Shown: positions 19,659 through 29,280 of the stretch, piece by piece
How positions within the stretch are numbered: position 1 is the first letter of the stretch
Layout: each line of letters starts with the position of its first letter
Origin: Candidatus Moraniibacteriota bacterium
Lineage (GTDB): Bacteria > Patescibacteriota > Minisyncoccia > Moranbacterales > DUUL01
Reading direction: 5' to 3'
Length of the DNA: 64,000 nt
NCBI GenBank assembly: GCA_041583775.1
Contig: JBFHFF010000002.1
Coordinates: 128,274 to 192,273 of the forward strand
Notes under the pieces: model-generated
The model's database searches: none
Seen by the model: the letters and a program-made list of their open reading frames with translations, nothing else
Told to the model about the DNA's origin: nothing
Program-made: the position numbers and the translations under genes

Positions 19659-20339
19659 CTAAGAAGTAAATTGTGAATAAAAATAAATATCTAATATTAA
19701 TAAATATATCCAATGGAATGCTGTTGAGACAAAAATAGATTTATTTTTATAAGCAATAAATCCAAATAAAATGTTGGGCATTAATATCAAAAGCATACTT
19801 TTTCCTGAAATCATTCCTGTAGTACCCAATTCATAAACTAAAAAAAGGAAGGCTTGGGTAATAATAGCATAAAAAATACTCATAACTGAAGTTAGTCCTT
19901 TCATTACAAATCCTCTGAAAAAAAACTCTTTTGCAAAAACCACAAAGGGAAGAATGAAAAGATCAACAAATAGCATTATTTTAACATCTTTTGCTATTAC
20001 CCAAGAAGAAACTCTTATATTTTCTTGCCAATTTAATTTTAGCACAAAAAGTACTATTACTGCAAAAAAAATAATTGTTATTCCTAACGAAGTCATTAAA
20101 TTTTTAAAATTTAAATTATTTTGTAAAAAATATTCCTTAGGATTTTCTTTGAAAATATTTTTAATAATAAAAAAAGGTGCTATAAACAGCAAAAATACTG
20201 TTGTAATCATCCATTCAAAAAATCCACCAGCCCTAACATCTTCAAGAAAAAAATTAGTCAAAAAAATAACCAAAATAAGATTCACCAAAATCACAAAGAT
20301 TATGTTTTTTTTATTTTTTATTTTTTGATTTTTTAACAT
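19659..20339 (-). CDS. CPBP-family (CAAX/Abi) intramembrane glutamic endopeptidase
   Basis: Polytopic membrane protein carrying motif 1 (EFFFRGF) and an FxxxH motif (AFHWIYL) of the CPBP family. Confidence 0.65.
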   Translation of the reverse strand: MLKNQKIKNKKNIIFVILVNLILVIFLTNFFLEDVRAGGFFEWMITTVFLLFIAPFFIIKNIFKENPKEYFLQNNLNFKNLMTSLGITIIFFAVIVLFVLKLNWQENIRVSSWVIAKDVKIMLFVDLFILPFVVFAKEFFFRGFVMKGLTSVMSIFYAIITQAFLFLVYELGTTGMISGKSMLLILMPNILFGFIAYKNKSIFVSTAFHWIYLLILDIYFYSQFTS

Positions 20340-20351
20340 TTTTTATTTTTA

Positions 20352-21011
20352 TTATTGTGCAGTTTTCGCTAACATTTCGAGCTCTCTGTACTTTTTTTTC
20401 GCTTTTTTTATTCTTTTTTTCAGAACATGATTTGCGTGCATAACACAAACAATATTTAACGGCAAAGCGCCAACAATTGGAATTATTTCTAAAAATAACA
20501 ACAAGGCTCTAAGTGTTTTAACTTTCCAGTTCCCATATCCCCAAAGCATTATAAAAAGCAATGGAGAAAAAATAAAGCTAAATATAAAAGCTGCTATTGG
20601 AATTATATCCATAAAATCAAGAAAGAATGCTAGTAAATAAGCTATTTGAATCGCAGAACTATCGCCTTCCATCATTCTTGCTCTTAATTTATTTCCTAAT
20701 CTTATAACTCTAGCTGGGAGCATTGCCTTTGGGCCTGTAGCTGCTTTGTATATTCCTCTTGCGGCCATTAATTTAGTACCTTCTTTTCTTTTTGCTGTTT
20801 GGTTATATTGTCCTGCATTTCCCTCTAATGGTCTATTTGTCTTGTAGTTTTCCAGCCTTGCTTGTTGAAGATTGTTATAATGACCAACCTCTTTTTCTTT
20901 GTCAATCCGTGAAGATTTTACATACTGAAAAGAAGATTCTTTGGGAGAATTTTTTTTAATTCCATTTAATATTTGCCTTACTCTTTTTTCATTTTCCCCA
21001 GACATACCCAA
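20352..21011 (-). CDS. Hypothetical protein with a basic N-terminal region and C-terminal 2-3 TM helices; T4SS-associated, unknown function
   Basis: ORF with a C-terminal hydrophobic block (IQIAYLLAFFLDFMDIIPIAAFIFSFIFSPLLFIMLW...). Located just downstream of virB4. Confidence 0.5.
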   Translation of the reverse strand: MGMSGENEKRVRQILNGIKKNSPKESSFQYVKSSRIDKEKEVGHYNNLQQARLENYKTNRPLEGNAGQYNQTAKRKEGTKLMAARGIYKAATGPKAMLPARVIRLGNKLRARMMEGDSSAIQIAYLLAFFLDFMDIIPIAAFIFSFIFSPLLFIMLWGYGNWKVKTLRALLLFLEIIPIVGALPLNIVCVMHANHVLKKRIKKAKKKYRELEMLAKTAQ

Positions 21012-21043
21012 TATAATTATAAATTACAAACACCTTTTTAAAA

Positions 21044-22912
21044 TTATGCTTCGTTTTCTTCTTCTTTTTCTTTCTCAAGTTCAATTCGTTGTGCGGGATT
21101 TGTAGTAATTAGTTTATCTTCGTCATATGACGCCACTACTTGGATAGCAGCTCTTTTTAAACCAGCAAAGAAAATTCCCTCCCCAACTCCGCAATCCATT
21201 AAAAGATATTTTTCTCTATCAGTTAGATAAAAGGTGTCAGCAATGACATCAATAGCTGATTGTGATTGTTTCATTAACACTTGGATAGAGGAGTTTGAGA
21301 CAATAGGTTTCCCATATTTAGATGACATAAAATCAGAAATGTCCTGCGTAATAGTAGTTAATCCTCCATAATATTTTCTAATTCTTTTTGCGACCATAAA
21401 TAAAAATCTTGCAGCTTCTTCATGCTCCATCATTCTCCAAGCCTCATCAACAACAATTAATCTTTTTTTAACATTAATTCTAACTTCTTTCCAAATATAG
21501 TTTAAAATCATATACATCGCCATTGGACGCAATTCATCTTCTAGGTCTCTAATATTAAAAACTACCAATTGATTATCGAGAGAAATATTTGTTCTGTTAT
21601 TCAAAAAACCTGAAAAAATTCCTTTTGTATATTTCTCTAATCTAATAGTAATATCCTCCACACCTTTCATATTTGACAACACTTCATATAAATCAAGCAG
21701 TACTGGCATAGCTCTATCTTTCAAATCGTCCAATGGAGTGTCTTCTGTTATATCTCTAACTGCATATGTTTCTCTAATTGCTTGTTCTAGAATTGATTCT
21801 TCTTCTGGCGTTAAAGTCCCTAACATCAATTTTAAAAGCCCTAACATTGATGATATTGTGCTTCTTATAATATCTTCTACTTCAACACCCTCCTCTATTG
21901 ATAAATCAAAGGGGTTAATGTGATTTTTTGTGTTTAAAGAAATTCTCAAATAAGAGCCTCCTACTGTTTCTGCTAGATATTTATATTCATCTTCTGGATC
22001 AATAATAATAGCACTTGCGCCCATCATTAAAGATCTTAAAATTTCCAATTTAACAGTATAACTTTTTCCAGCACCTGATTTAGCAAAGACCACCATATTC
22101 GCATTTTCCATAGAAAAACGATCGAATAATATAAGGGAATTGTTGTGCCTGTTAATTCCGTATAAAATTCCTTGGTTAGAGGTTACATCCGCAGAAACAA
22201 AAGGGAAGGTTGTTGAAAGTGGTGATGTGTTTAGTGCATTACCATTAATCAATCTGTCAATTCCAAGAGGAATTGTAGAAACAAAACCTTCTTTCATTCT
22301 AAAAATAGATCTTTTTGTATATACTGACCGAGCATTCAGCAGAGATTCTAACATAATTGTGTTTTTGTCTAGAGCATCCTTGGTCTCTCCAAATACATTA
22401 AAATAAAGCCCGAACTTAAAAAAACGCTCTGCACCTTCCTGGAGTTGATCTCTTAAGGTTTCAACATTACTGTATGCCATTTCTAAAATTGGATCTCTTG
22501 TTAAACCCTTTTCTGATTCAATATTCATCTCTGATTGAATTTGTGTGACTTTTTTTCTTAGTTTTTTTAAAATAGTTCCAGTATCAACAGGATAAATAAA
22601 CATTGATATATCCAGTGGAAGATCAATTCCAATTATTGGATTCATCCAGCCCATTGCAAGTGCTCTTGGATATGCAGCAACAAAAAGAGTTCTGCAAAAA
22701 GTATCTCCTATCTGCAAATTTGAACTAGAGACTCCAAAAGCAGATGGTGAAATTAAATCTATAACCCTAGCCAATCCCTCTTGATAAAGCCTTTCTTTAT
22801 TTAATAAATCAGAAGAAGCTTCTTCGTGAATTTCTGGTTGCTTCAAAGTAGTGGTCTTCCCAGAAATTGTTTTATTTTCTTTTATTCTTCCGAATTTAGG
22901 TAGTTCTATCAT
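21044..22912 (-). CDS. virB4: VirB4/TrbE/CagE-family type IV secretion ATPase
   Basis: Walker A (VVFAKSGAGKSYTVK), Walker B (RLIVVDEAWRMM), and the conserved N-terminal VirB4 region (ILYGINRHNN..., FDRFSMENANMVV). Confidence 0.85.
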   Translation of the reverse strand: MIELPKFGRIKENKTISGKTTTLKQPEIHEEASSDLLNKERLYQEGLARVIDLISPSAFGVSSSNLQIGDTFCRTLFVAAYPRALAMGWMNPIIGIDLPLDISMFIYPVDTGTILKKLRKKVTQIQSEMNIESEKGLTRDPILEMAYSNVETLRDQLQEGAERFFKFGLYFNVFGETKDALDKNTIMLESLLNARSVYTKRSIFRMKEGFVSTIPLGIDRLINGNALNTSPLSTTFPFVSADVTSNQGILYGINRHNNSLILFDRFSMENANMVVFAKSGAGKSYTVKLEILRSLMMGASAIIIDPEDEYKYLAETVGGSYLRISLNTKNHINPFDLSIEEGVEVEDIIRSTISSMLGLLKLMLGTLTPEEESILEQAIRETYAVRDITEDTPLDDLKDRAMPVLLDLYEVLSNMKGVEDITIRLEKYTKGIFSGFLNNRTNISLDNQLVVFNIRDLEDELRPMAMYMILNYIWKEVRINVKKRLIVVDEAWRMMEHEEAARFLFMVAKRIRKYYGGLTTITQDISDFMSSKYGKPIVSNSSIQVLMKQSQSAIDVIADTFYLTDREKYLLMDCGVGEGIFFAGLKRAAIQVVASYDEDKLITTNPAQRIELEKEKEEENEA

Positions 22913-22921
22913 ATTTTTAAA

Positions 22922-23608
22922 TTATTCTCTTTCAAGGTTTAAATCTTCTAGTGTTGGTATTGCTACATGTTCAAACTCTGAAGGGTTATAGCAGTTATAA
23001 TACATTTCTATCAACTCTTGTGTGTTTAATGGCACAATTCTAATCCCACTACCGGAGAGTGATTCTTTAACTTCTTCAACTCTTTGAAAAAGTTGATTTT
23101 TATATGTTTCAAATTGCTCTCTTTCTTGATAAATATTTTTTCGAGGTGTTAGTTTTGCCAACATTTTATCAAGAAATCCTGTTTTTTTAGATTCTACAGC
23201 GTAAAAAGGAACTACTATATAGAACAATTTTGACATAATGTTAGAAACATTAACTAATTCTCCAATAAAGTTTAGATAATCTTCTATCTGATTTCTAAGC
23301 AAAGCATTTCTTTCTGTGTCTTTTTTTCTTTCAAGCATCTCTAAATATGGTTTGATATCAAATTTTCTAGTAGAAATAACTATTTGTATTGGAAAATCTA
23401 ATGAATTTAAAAACCTTTGGTATGCAAAAATAATAGCCTCCTGTTCTGTGCTAGATTTTAAATCAAAATTTATTGAAGAAACAGCTAAAACCGCTCTTAA
23501 GGAGCCATCTTTAACAACAACTGTCCCGTCTTTAATTTCGGAAACATTTAATTCTTCTTGCATACTAGAACCCACCATTCCTGCCATAAAACTAAAATTA
23601 ATAATCAA
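22922..23608 (-). CDS. Hypothetical T4SS-associated protein (228 aa)
   Basis: ORF translationally coupled to the PrgI-like gene upstream and virB4 downstream. No recognisable motif. Confidence 0.5.
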   Translation of the reverse strand: MIINFSFMAGMVGSSMQEELNVSEIKDGTVVVKDGSLRAVLAVSSINFDLKSSTEQEAIIFAYQRFLNSLDFPIQIVISTRKFDIKPYLEMLERKKDTERNALLRNQIEDYLNFIGELVNVSNIMSKLFYIVVPFYAVESKKTGFLDKMLAKLTPRKNIYQEREQFETYKNQLFQRVEEVKESLSGSGIRIVPLNTQELIEMYYNCYNPSEFEHVAIPTLEDLNLERE

Positions 23609-24018
23609 ATTTTACTATTCTTGTCTAATAAATCAGCTAAGTTACTTGAGTTTTTCAATTCCTTTTCTTTAACAAATCTATTAATTGAAGCTTTTTCATC
23701 CTCCTTTATTCTCTTTACTGGCTCTCTCGTTTCATTTCTTATATTTCTATGCCAAGTTAAAACCTTCGGTTTAAATAAATAAGAAATCCCATTTAAAACA
23801 AATTGGAGAAAGGTCATTCCCGCTGGTTTATAAAAAGCAAAAGCCAAGGACAAAAGTACAACTGGTGCACCTATTAGCACTAAAGCCGCTATTGAATCTG
23901 TTTGCCACAAAAAAAACAGTCCTGTGGCTCCTAGGGCCAACCAACCCAATTGTTTTATTGTTAGTTGAAAAGCTAACTTGTCTTCAACTTCGATATATTG
24001 TGGAACATTGAAATTCAT
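23605..24018 (-). CDS. PrgI/VirB3-like small membrane protein
   Basis: 137 aa with two adjacent TM helices after a short N-terminus (LGWLALGATGLFFLWQ... LVLIGAPVVLLSLAFAFY), in the usual position immediately upstream of the VirB4 region. Matches the PrgI family of Gram-positive conjugation systems. Confidence 0.55.
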   Translation of the reverse strand: MNFNVPQYIEVEDKLAFQLTIKQLGWLALGATGLFFLWQTDSIAALVLIGAPVVLLSLAFAFYKPAGMTFLQFVLNGISYLFKPKVLTWHRNIRNETREPVKRIKEDEKASINRFVKEKELKNSSNLADLLDKNSKI

Positions 24019-24030
24019 ATTTGCTTTTTA

Positions 24031-25020
24031 TTAAACATCCTTCAAGTTTATAAGGTGTTTTGATTGTATTTCACCCTCCTCTTCAGTGGTTTTTTGTTTT
24101 TCACTTTCCGTCTCTTTTAGTTTCCCCATCTCTTCTGTTTTTTCATCATAAACTTTCTTCTCTTGATCTTCTGTTGATGGAATTTCTTTTTCTTGCACTT
24201 CCCTAATTTCTCTCTCTATAAACTCTTCCGTTTCTTGTTGCTTTTTATTTTCCAAAGATTCTTTTAATTTCTCTGAAATTTCACCCGCTGTGTTATTGAA
24301 TAAAATTATTTTTCTATTGGCATCAATTTCAAGGTCACTATTCTCATCATAAGACTCCAAAATCATTAAAAGAGCTTTTTTTTCTAAAAAGGTTAGGTTG
24401 CTTACATTTTTTGAGTTAAAAATATAATCACTTCTCTCTAGATTGTTGTGTGCTTGAGAGCCTTTTTGTATAGTGTAATCATCTAGCCAATTCTCTATTG
24501 ATTGCTTTCTTGGTTCTATTTCTTCTGAAATTTTTATCTTGCTCTCCCCTAATAATTGCTTCCCTATTTCTGGAAATTTTTTTAGTGCTGAAATTAAAGG
24601 CATTCTTTCTATTTCAATATCCAAACCACTGTTTTCTATGTCGCTGATTTTTTTCCGAAGACTAAAAAGTTCAACAATGAGCTTTTCTGCTTCATTTTCA
24701 TCAATTCTTATTCTCTCGACAATTCTTTTTTTAATCTTTTCCTCATTAAAGACTCCTTCAACAAAAGAATCTCTAATAATTCTAGAAATTTCACCAACTT
24801 CAGAAATTTTATAAATATTAAACTTCTTTGCAATTCTGATAATATTCTCTTCTGTTTTTTCAACAACAAGTCCTAATCTAATTTGATAAGGCAATTTATT
24901 ATAAATTTCCAACCAACCTAAATCATCATTTTGTGTATCATCTTTTGGATCCCAATGAACACTAGCACTCATTGGACAAGCCTGCTTCCTTATTAATCTT
25001 TCGTTTTCTATTTCTTGCAT
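24031..25020 (-). CDS. Hypothetical acidic coiled-coil protein (329 aa), T4SS-associated
   Basis: ORF with an E/K-rich C-terminal half. No recognisable motif. Confidence 0.45.
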   Translation of the reverse strand: MQEIENERLIRKQACPMSASVHWDPKDDTQNDDLGWLEIYNKLPYQIRLGLVVEKTEENIIRIAKKFNIYKISEVGEISRIIRDSFVEGVFNEEKIKKRIVERIRIDENEAEKLIVELFSLRKKISDIENSGLDIEIERMPLISALKKFPEIGKQLLGESKIKISEEIEPRKQSIENWLDDYTIQKGSQAHNNLERSDYIFNSKNVSNLTFLEKKALLMILESYDENSDLEIDANRKIILFNNTAGEISEKLKESLENKKQQETEEFIEREIREVQEKEIPSTEDQEKKVYDEKTEEMGKLKETESEKQKTTEEEGEIQSKHLINLKDV

Positions 25021-25034
25021 TTTTATTTTTTATT

Positions 25035-27065
25035 TTATTCATTCATTCCTTTCATTGCTTTTCTTGCCTCATTATCTCCCAAATCTTCTTTGGTTATACC
25101 TGAAATAATTTCTTTTAATGCTTCTTGTTTCAACCCATCTGTTTTTTCAGCTGCATGCTTTCGAAGTTGTTCTTGACTAAATCTATCATCACCACTTGCT
25201 TGTTTTTCTTTTATATAAGTTTTAACATTATCATTTTTTAAGAAATCTACAGATTGATCGGTTATATCACTCAATTTCATTTTCCCTAAATTATCACTAT
25301 ATGTTTTTTCAATATATTCCTTTCTTGCTTTTTCTCTAAATCTATCCTCAGATTCTTTACTCATTGAAACTCCACCCAGTTTGGTATTTTCGTCTATAAC
25401 TTTTTTATCCAGTTCTTTGCTCATATTTCTGCTAATTTCATGTTCAATCATTTCTCCTCTATTTTTCTTTCTGGCGAGCTTTTCAAATTTATCCAAAGCC
25501 TCTGGGCTGTTTTTAAACAACTCATAAGCTCTAGCATAGCTATCGTCATCCTTTGTCATGCCTAATTTCCCATCTTCTGCTAACTTCATTGCTGCTGCTT
25601 TTTTTCTAGCAATTAATTGTGCTGTGGTGTTTGAACCCTTCCCACCAGCTAAATTTGCAAGAGAGTTTAAGGTGGTTGGATTTGCTTTTAACATTTTCTT
25701 TAAAGCATCTTCATTAGGAATACCATTTTCATCCCAGTTTTTTGTTTGTTCTTGTTGTAATTTCTGTTGGTGAGCAAGTTTAGCAGACTTACTTCCAATT
25801 TGGGCTCTCTTGGAAAGCATTCTGGCTTCGTTGTTTTCTTTGTACCAAGTTTTTGTGTTATCAACAGCAGCTTTACCATATCCCAAACCATATCCCAAAG
25901 TTCCTGCATAGACAGCTCCTTTAGCTAATTTACCTGCCTTTCCCAATCCCCAAGCAGCACCATCACCTGCTTGACTTGCGATTTTTTTAGAAAGATCAAA
26001 ACCATAAAATAACATATAAATACAAGCACTGAATGGGACTAATATTCTAAGAGCGCCTATGACTAAGTTTTCTGATTGAGTTCCTGCCATCTGAACTCCA
26101 CCCCCACTAGCTGTAACATTAATACTAACAGCACTAACCAAAACAAGTGCTAGCCAAAGAAAAAATAACATTACCGGACCAAAAGCACACCAATATGTCA
26201 ATTTACTGAACCAGGTGGTTTTTATACTTCCAATGGCCGTTCCTGGGAGTGCTAATGCAAAAAAAGCTAAAGGGGAAAGGATTATTAAAACCCAAAGAGC
26301 TATAAGTCTAAGAATAAGAGACATTCCAAGAGCTAATAGCATAATTCCCATAATAAATTTAAAAATTGCCTCAATTATCATGCTAATATATAGTGCTACA
26401 TTGGAGCCACCTGTTTCACTTTTAAAAGAGGCTCCCATTCCCACTGAATTTAGAAGCGCGGCTGAATAACTAGCTGATCCTTCTTTTATATTGCTTAGAA
26501 AAAATGACATTGCTAAGTTTGAAATATCAATAAAAAAAAGTGTAATTGGTTTTGAAAAATTGACAAACAAAGCAGCTGAAACAACATAGATAATAAATTT
26601 TTTGTCTGAATATTTATTAATTCTCAAAATGGTAGCGATTGCTACAAAAATCAAAATTAAGATGAAAAATATATTCACAAAATCCCTCACTAATCCCCAG
26701 CCAGTGTTAATTGCTGTGAGCGCATTGCCAGAGAAAAAAACTTCTTCATATAACTGATCTGTCATTGTCATATCAACAACACTCATCCCCACACCCAAGA
26801 TGAAACCACTAAATGCTTGCAATAATTGCAAGCATCCCACAATCATATTGTCCATTATTTTAGAGGGCGTAGGAAGACCAAGAAAACCGCCATTTTTCCC
26901 GTCTATTTCTCCAGCATCTGCCAAATCTGCGGCCCCTGTATCACCAATCATTCGCCAGCCCTCTGCTGCATTTGTTTGATTTATATTTATAATAAAAAAG
27001 GAAAAAATTATTACTATTGGCAATATCGCTTTGAGCCATTTTTTTTTGTTTTTGAAAGATATCAT
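25035..27065 (-). CDS. VirB6/TrbL-like polytopic inner-membrane channel protein with a long hydrophilic C-terminal tail
   Basis: Signal peptide, an extracytoplasmic segment, then 6-8 TM helices and a ~250-aa charged C-terminal domain. Size and topology match TrbL/VirB6. Confidence 0.55.
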   Translation of the reverse strand: MISFKNKKKWLKAILPIVIIFSFFIININQTNAAEGWRMIGDTGAADLADAGEIDGKNGGFLGLPTPSKIMDNMIVGCLQLLQAFSGFILGVGMSVVDMTMTDQLYEEVFFSGNALTAINTGWGLVRDFVNIFFILILIFVAIATILRINKYSDKKFIIYVVSAALFVNFSKPITLFFIDISNLAMSFFLSNIKEGSASYSAALLNSVGMGASFKSETGGSNVALYISMIIEAIFKFIMGIMLLALGMSLILRLIALWVLIILSPLAFFALALPGTAIGSIKTTWFSKLTYWCAFGPVMLFFLWLALVLVSAVSINVTASGGGVQMAGTQSENLVIGALRILVPFSACIYMLFYGFDLSKKIASQAGDGAAWGLGKAGKLAKGAVYAGTLGYGLGYGKAAVDNTKTWYKENNEARMLSKRAQIGSKSAKLAHQQKLQQEQTKNWDENGIPNEDALKKMLKANPTTLNSLANLAGGKGSNTTAQLIARKKAAAMKLAEDGKLGMTKDDDSYARAYELFKNSPEALDKFEKLARKKNRGEMIEHEISRNMSKELDKKVIDENTKLGGVSMSKESEDRFREKARKEYIEKTYSDNLGKMKLSDITDQSVDFLKNDNVKTYIKEKQASGDDRFSQEQLRKHAAEKTDGLKQEALKEIISGITKEDLGDNEARKAMKGMNE

Positions 27066-27076
27066 TTTTTTGCTGT

Positions 27077-27988
27077 TTAAATTGTAAGACCTTTTTTAAT
27101 TCTATCTTGAAGAACATTTATACCGTCTGTTCCAATAGTTCTTTCTATTCTTCGAACTTCATTATTGATTGGTTTTGCCACAACATTGATTCCACTTTTA
27201 ACAAAAGATGTGACCGAAGAAACCACAAAACTTGCAATGACTTCTTCCAATGAACCAGCATTATTAATCATCTCAATTGGCATTGTTTCAGCAGCAGCGA
27301 CAATTTCTTGGGAAATTTTTCCTGGGATAACTTTATTTCCTTCCGTGATAGTGTTAAACCCACCACCCGCAATGGCTTCTGCTTCTTGGGCTTGAGCTTT
27401 TTGCATTGCCTCATTATCTATAACTTCCATGGCATTAACATAAGCATTTGTTGAGTTATTATAGTCCCCAAATTGATAAGAAAGAAAAGCTCCTACGCCT
27501 CCTCCCCTTGTTTGATCAAAAACATCACCAATTGGATCATCTGAATCAACTAATTCATGTAATGTTGCTTCTGGTTGCCCAGGAGAAAGTTGACTACTAA
27601 TTGTTTGTTCAACATTTCTTAACATATCCCTTTCTGAAGTAGAAACACCTTCTTGTATAACTGAAAAGAAATCTTCTAATTTGTTCTCAGCAGCTACTTG
27701 TGCTGCTCCAAAAATAAAATCTTCATAACTAGAAATAACCATAGATTCTCCAGATGAACCTGAGACAGCCTTTTCAATACTTTCTTTAATCATATTATTC
27801 GCCTCTTTTTTAAGAGTCTGAAGAACTGTCTTTCTGGTAATCTCAAAAACCTGTTGCATTGCTTGTTGCATAAGACCAGATGCAATATTTGTTCCCCACA
27901 TTTCAGCACAAACTGTTGTTGGCATGATTGTAACAAAAAGAAAGGCCGCTATAGTTATCGTTGCTGTTATTTTTTTTATTTTTATCAT
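27077..27988 (-). CDS. Secreted hypothetical protein (303 aa); possible VirB5-like minor pilus or adhesin subunit
   Basis: Signal peptide (ITIAAFLFVTIMPTTVCAEMW) and an Ala/Gln/Glu-rich, mostly helical composition. Confidence 0.4.
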   Translation of the reverse strand: MIKIKKITATITIAAFLFVTIMPTTVCAEMWGTNIASGLMQQAMQQVFEITRKTVLQTLKKEANNMIKESIEKAVSGSSGESMVISSYEDFIFGAAQVAAENKLEDFFSVIQEGVSTSERDMLRNVEQTISSQLSPGQPEATLHELVDSDDPIGDVFDQTRGGGVGAFLSYQFGDYNNSTNAYVNAMEVIDNEAMQKAQAQEAEAIAGGGFNTITEGNKVIPGKISQEIVAAAETMPIEMINNAGSLEEVIASFVVSSVTSFVKSGINVVAKPINNEVRRIERTIGTDGINVLQDRIKKGLTI

Positions 27989-28046
27989 TTTTGCTCCGTA
28001 TAAATATTATACCTTATATCTGAAATTTTTAATTTAAAATTGATTC

Positions 28047-29177
28047 TTATAAACCATACATTGAAGATGTGTTCATTAGTTGATCCACATCAACAGAGTT
28101 TGTTATTTCTGAAATATCAAAAGAATCAATGTCAAATTGATCTAAAATTTCTGTTGTATCAGAACTTAAGACATCCATTTCAGACATAACTGCTTGCACT
28201 TTTCCAAGCATAGATACTAGTGCAACAGGATCATCTTTATCCGTTGCCAATGTTTCATCCTGACCAAGCATATATTTTTGCAAGGATAATCCCATTTTAT
28301 GGACATCTTTTAATACATATGGTACTTCCAGTGCTTTGATTTTTTCATACATAGTTTCTGATTTTCCTTTAAGATCAGTAACTTTTGAAGAGTCACCTTC
28401 TTCAATATCAATACCTATCCCGCCTATTAAACTAGTTGCCATTCCAATTATATTATCACTGTCTTGAAACAGATATGGAGCTTCTTCAAACATTATATAT
28501 CCCACTGCAACAAAATATTCTTCAACAGCAGCTTTTTCTTCTTCAAGGGTTTGATCATTTTTTTCAGTCACCTCCTCTTGAATATTCAACTCTTCATCTG
28601 AAATTATTTCCAACTCTTCATCTAAATTAACTTCTTGAATTGTTTTTTCAACGATGGCTTGCACCTCCTCCTCTGTTAAGGAATATTTTGTGGCATCTTC
28701 TGATGCTGCCACTGTTTTTAAAATTTCATCATCAATAGATGCTTGGTTGAGTAATTTTAATTCTTCTTCTTTATCTTCTTTTATGTTTTTCAAAAAAACT
28801 TCTGTTGCATTTATTTTTTGTGTATCAATTTTATCAAGAGGGTTATTGGTGATTTCTCCTTCTGTTTTTTTAGTAGTCGTGTTTATGTTTGACCCATCTA
28901 TTGAATTTATTTGTGTCTCTATTTTTTTTACCAACGGATCAAACCCTCCTTCAACCTCAACTCCATCAGAATATCCATCCTCATCTGTGTCTGCTTTGTT
29001 AGGGTCTGTTCCTAAGGCTAACTCCTCTTGATTTGTTAAGCCATCACCATCTAAATCCTCAAAATAGTTGGGTTCGTTTTCATCAGCTGATGAAAATTGA
29101 ATCCAAGCAAAAGCGAGGATAGCAAAAAACATAGCCCCTTTTTTAATTGGTGATTTAAAATTGTTATTTTTATTCAT
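28047..29177 (-). CDS. Secreted acidic protein with thrombospondin type 3 Ca-binding repeats
   Basis: Signal peptide, DLDGDGLTNQEELALGTDPNKADTDEDGYSDGVEVEGGFDP, and a very acidic C-terminal half. Confidence 0.6.
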   Translation of the reverse strand: MNKNNNFKSPIKKGAMFFAILAFAWIQFSSADENEPNYFEDLDGDGLTNQEELALGTDPNKADTDEDGYSDGVEVEGGFDPLVKKIETQINSIDGSNINTTTKKTEGEITNNPLDKIDTQKINATEVFLKNIKEDKEEELKLLNQASIDDEILKTVAASEDATKYSLTEEEVQAIVEKTIQEVNLDEELEIISDEELNIQEEVTEKNDQTLEEEKAAVEEYFVAVGYIMFEEAPYLFQDSDNIIGMATSLIGGIGIDIEEGDSSKVTDLKGKSETMYEKIKALEVPYVLKDVHKMGLSLQKYMLGQDETLATDKDDPVALVSMLGKVQAVMSEMDVLSSDTTEILDQFDIDSFDISEITNSVDVDQLMNTSSMYGL

Positions 29178-29280
29178 TTATTTTTATTTTTGATGATTGA
29201 TAAAAAATTCTACACCAAAACATATTTATATTTCTTTTAAACTTGTTTTGATTATAACACATTTTTGTTTTATGCAAAAT

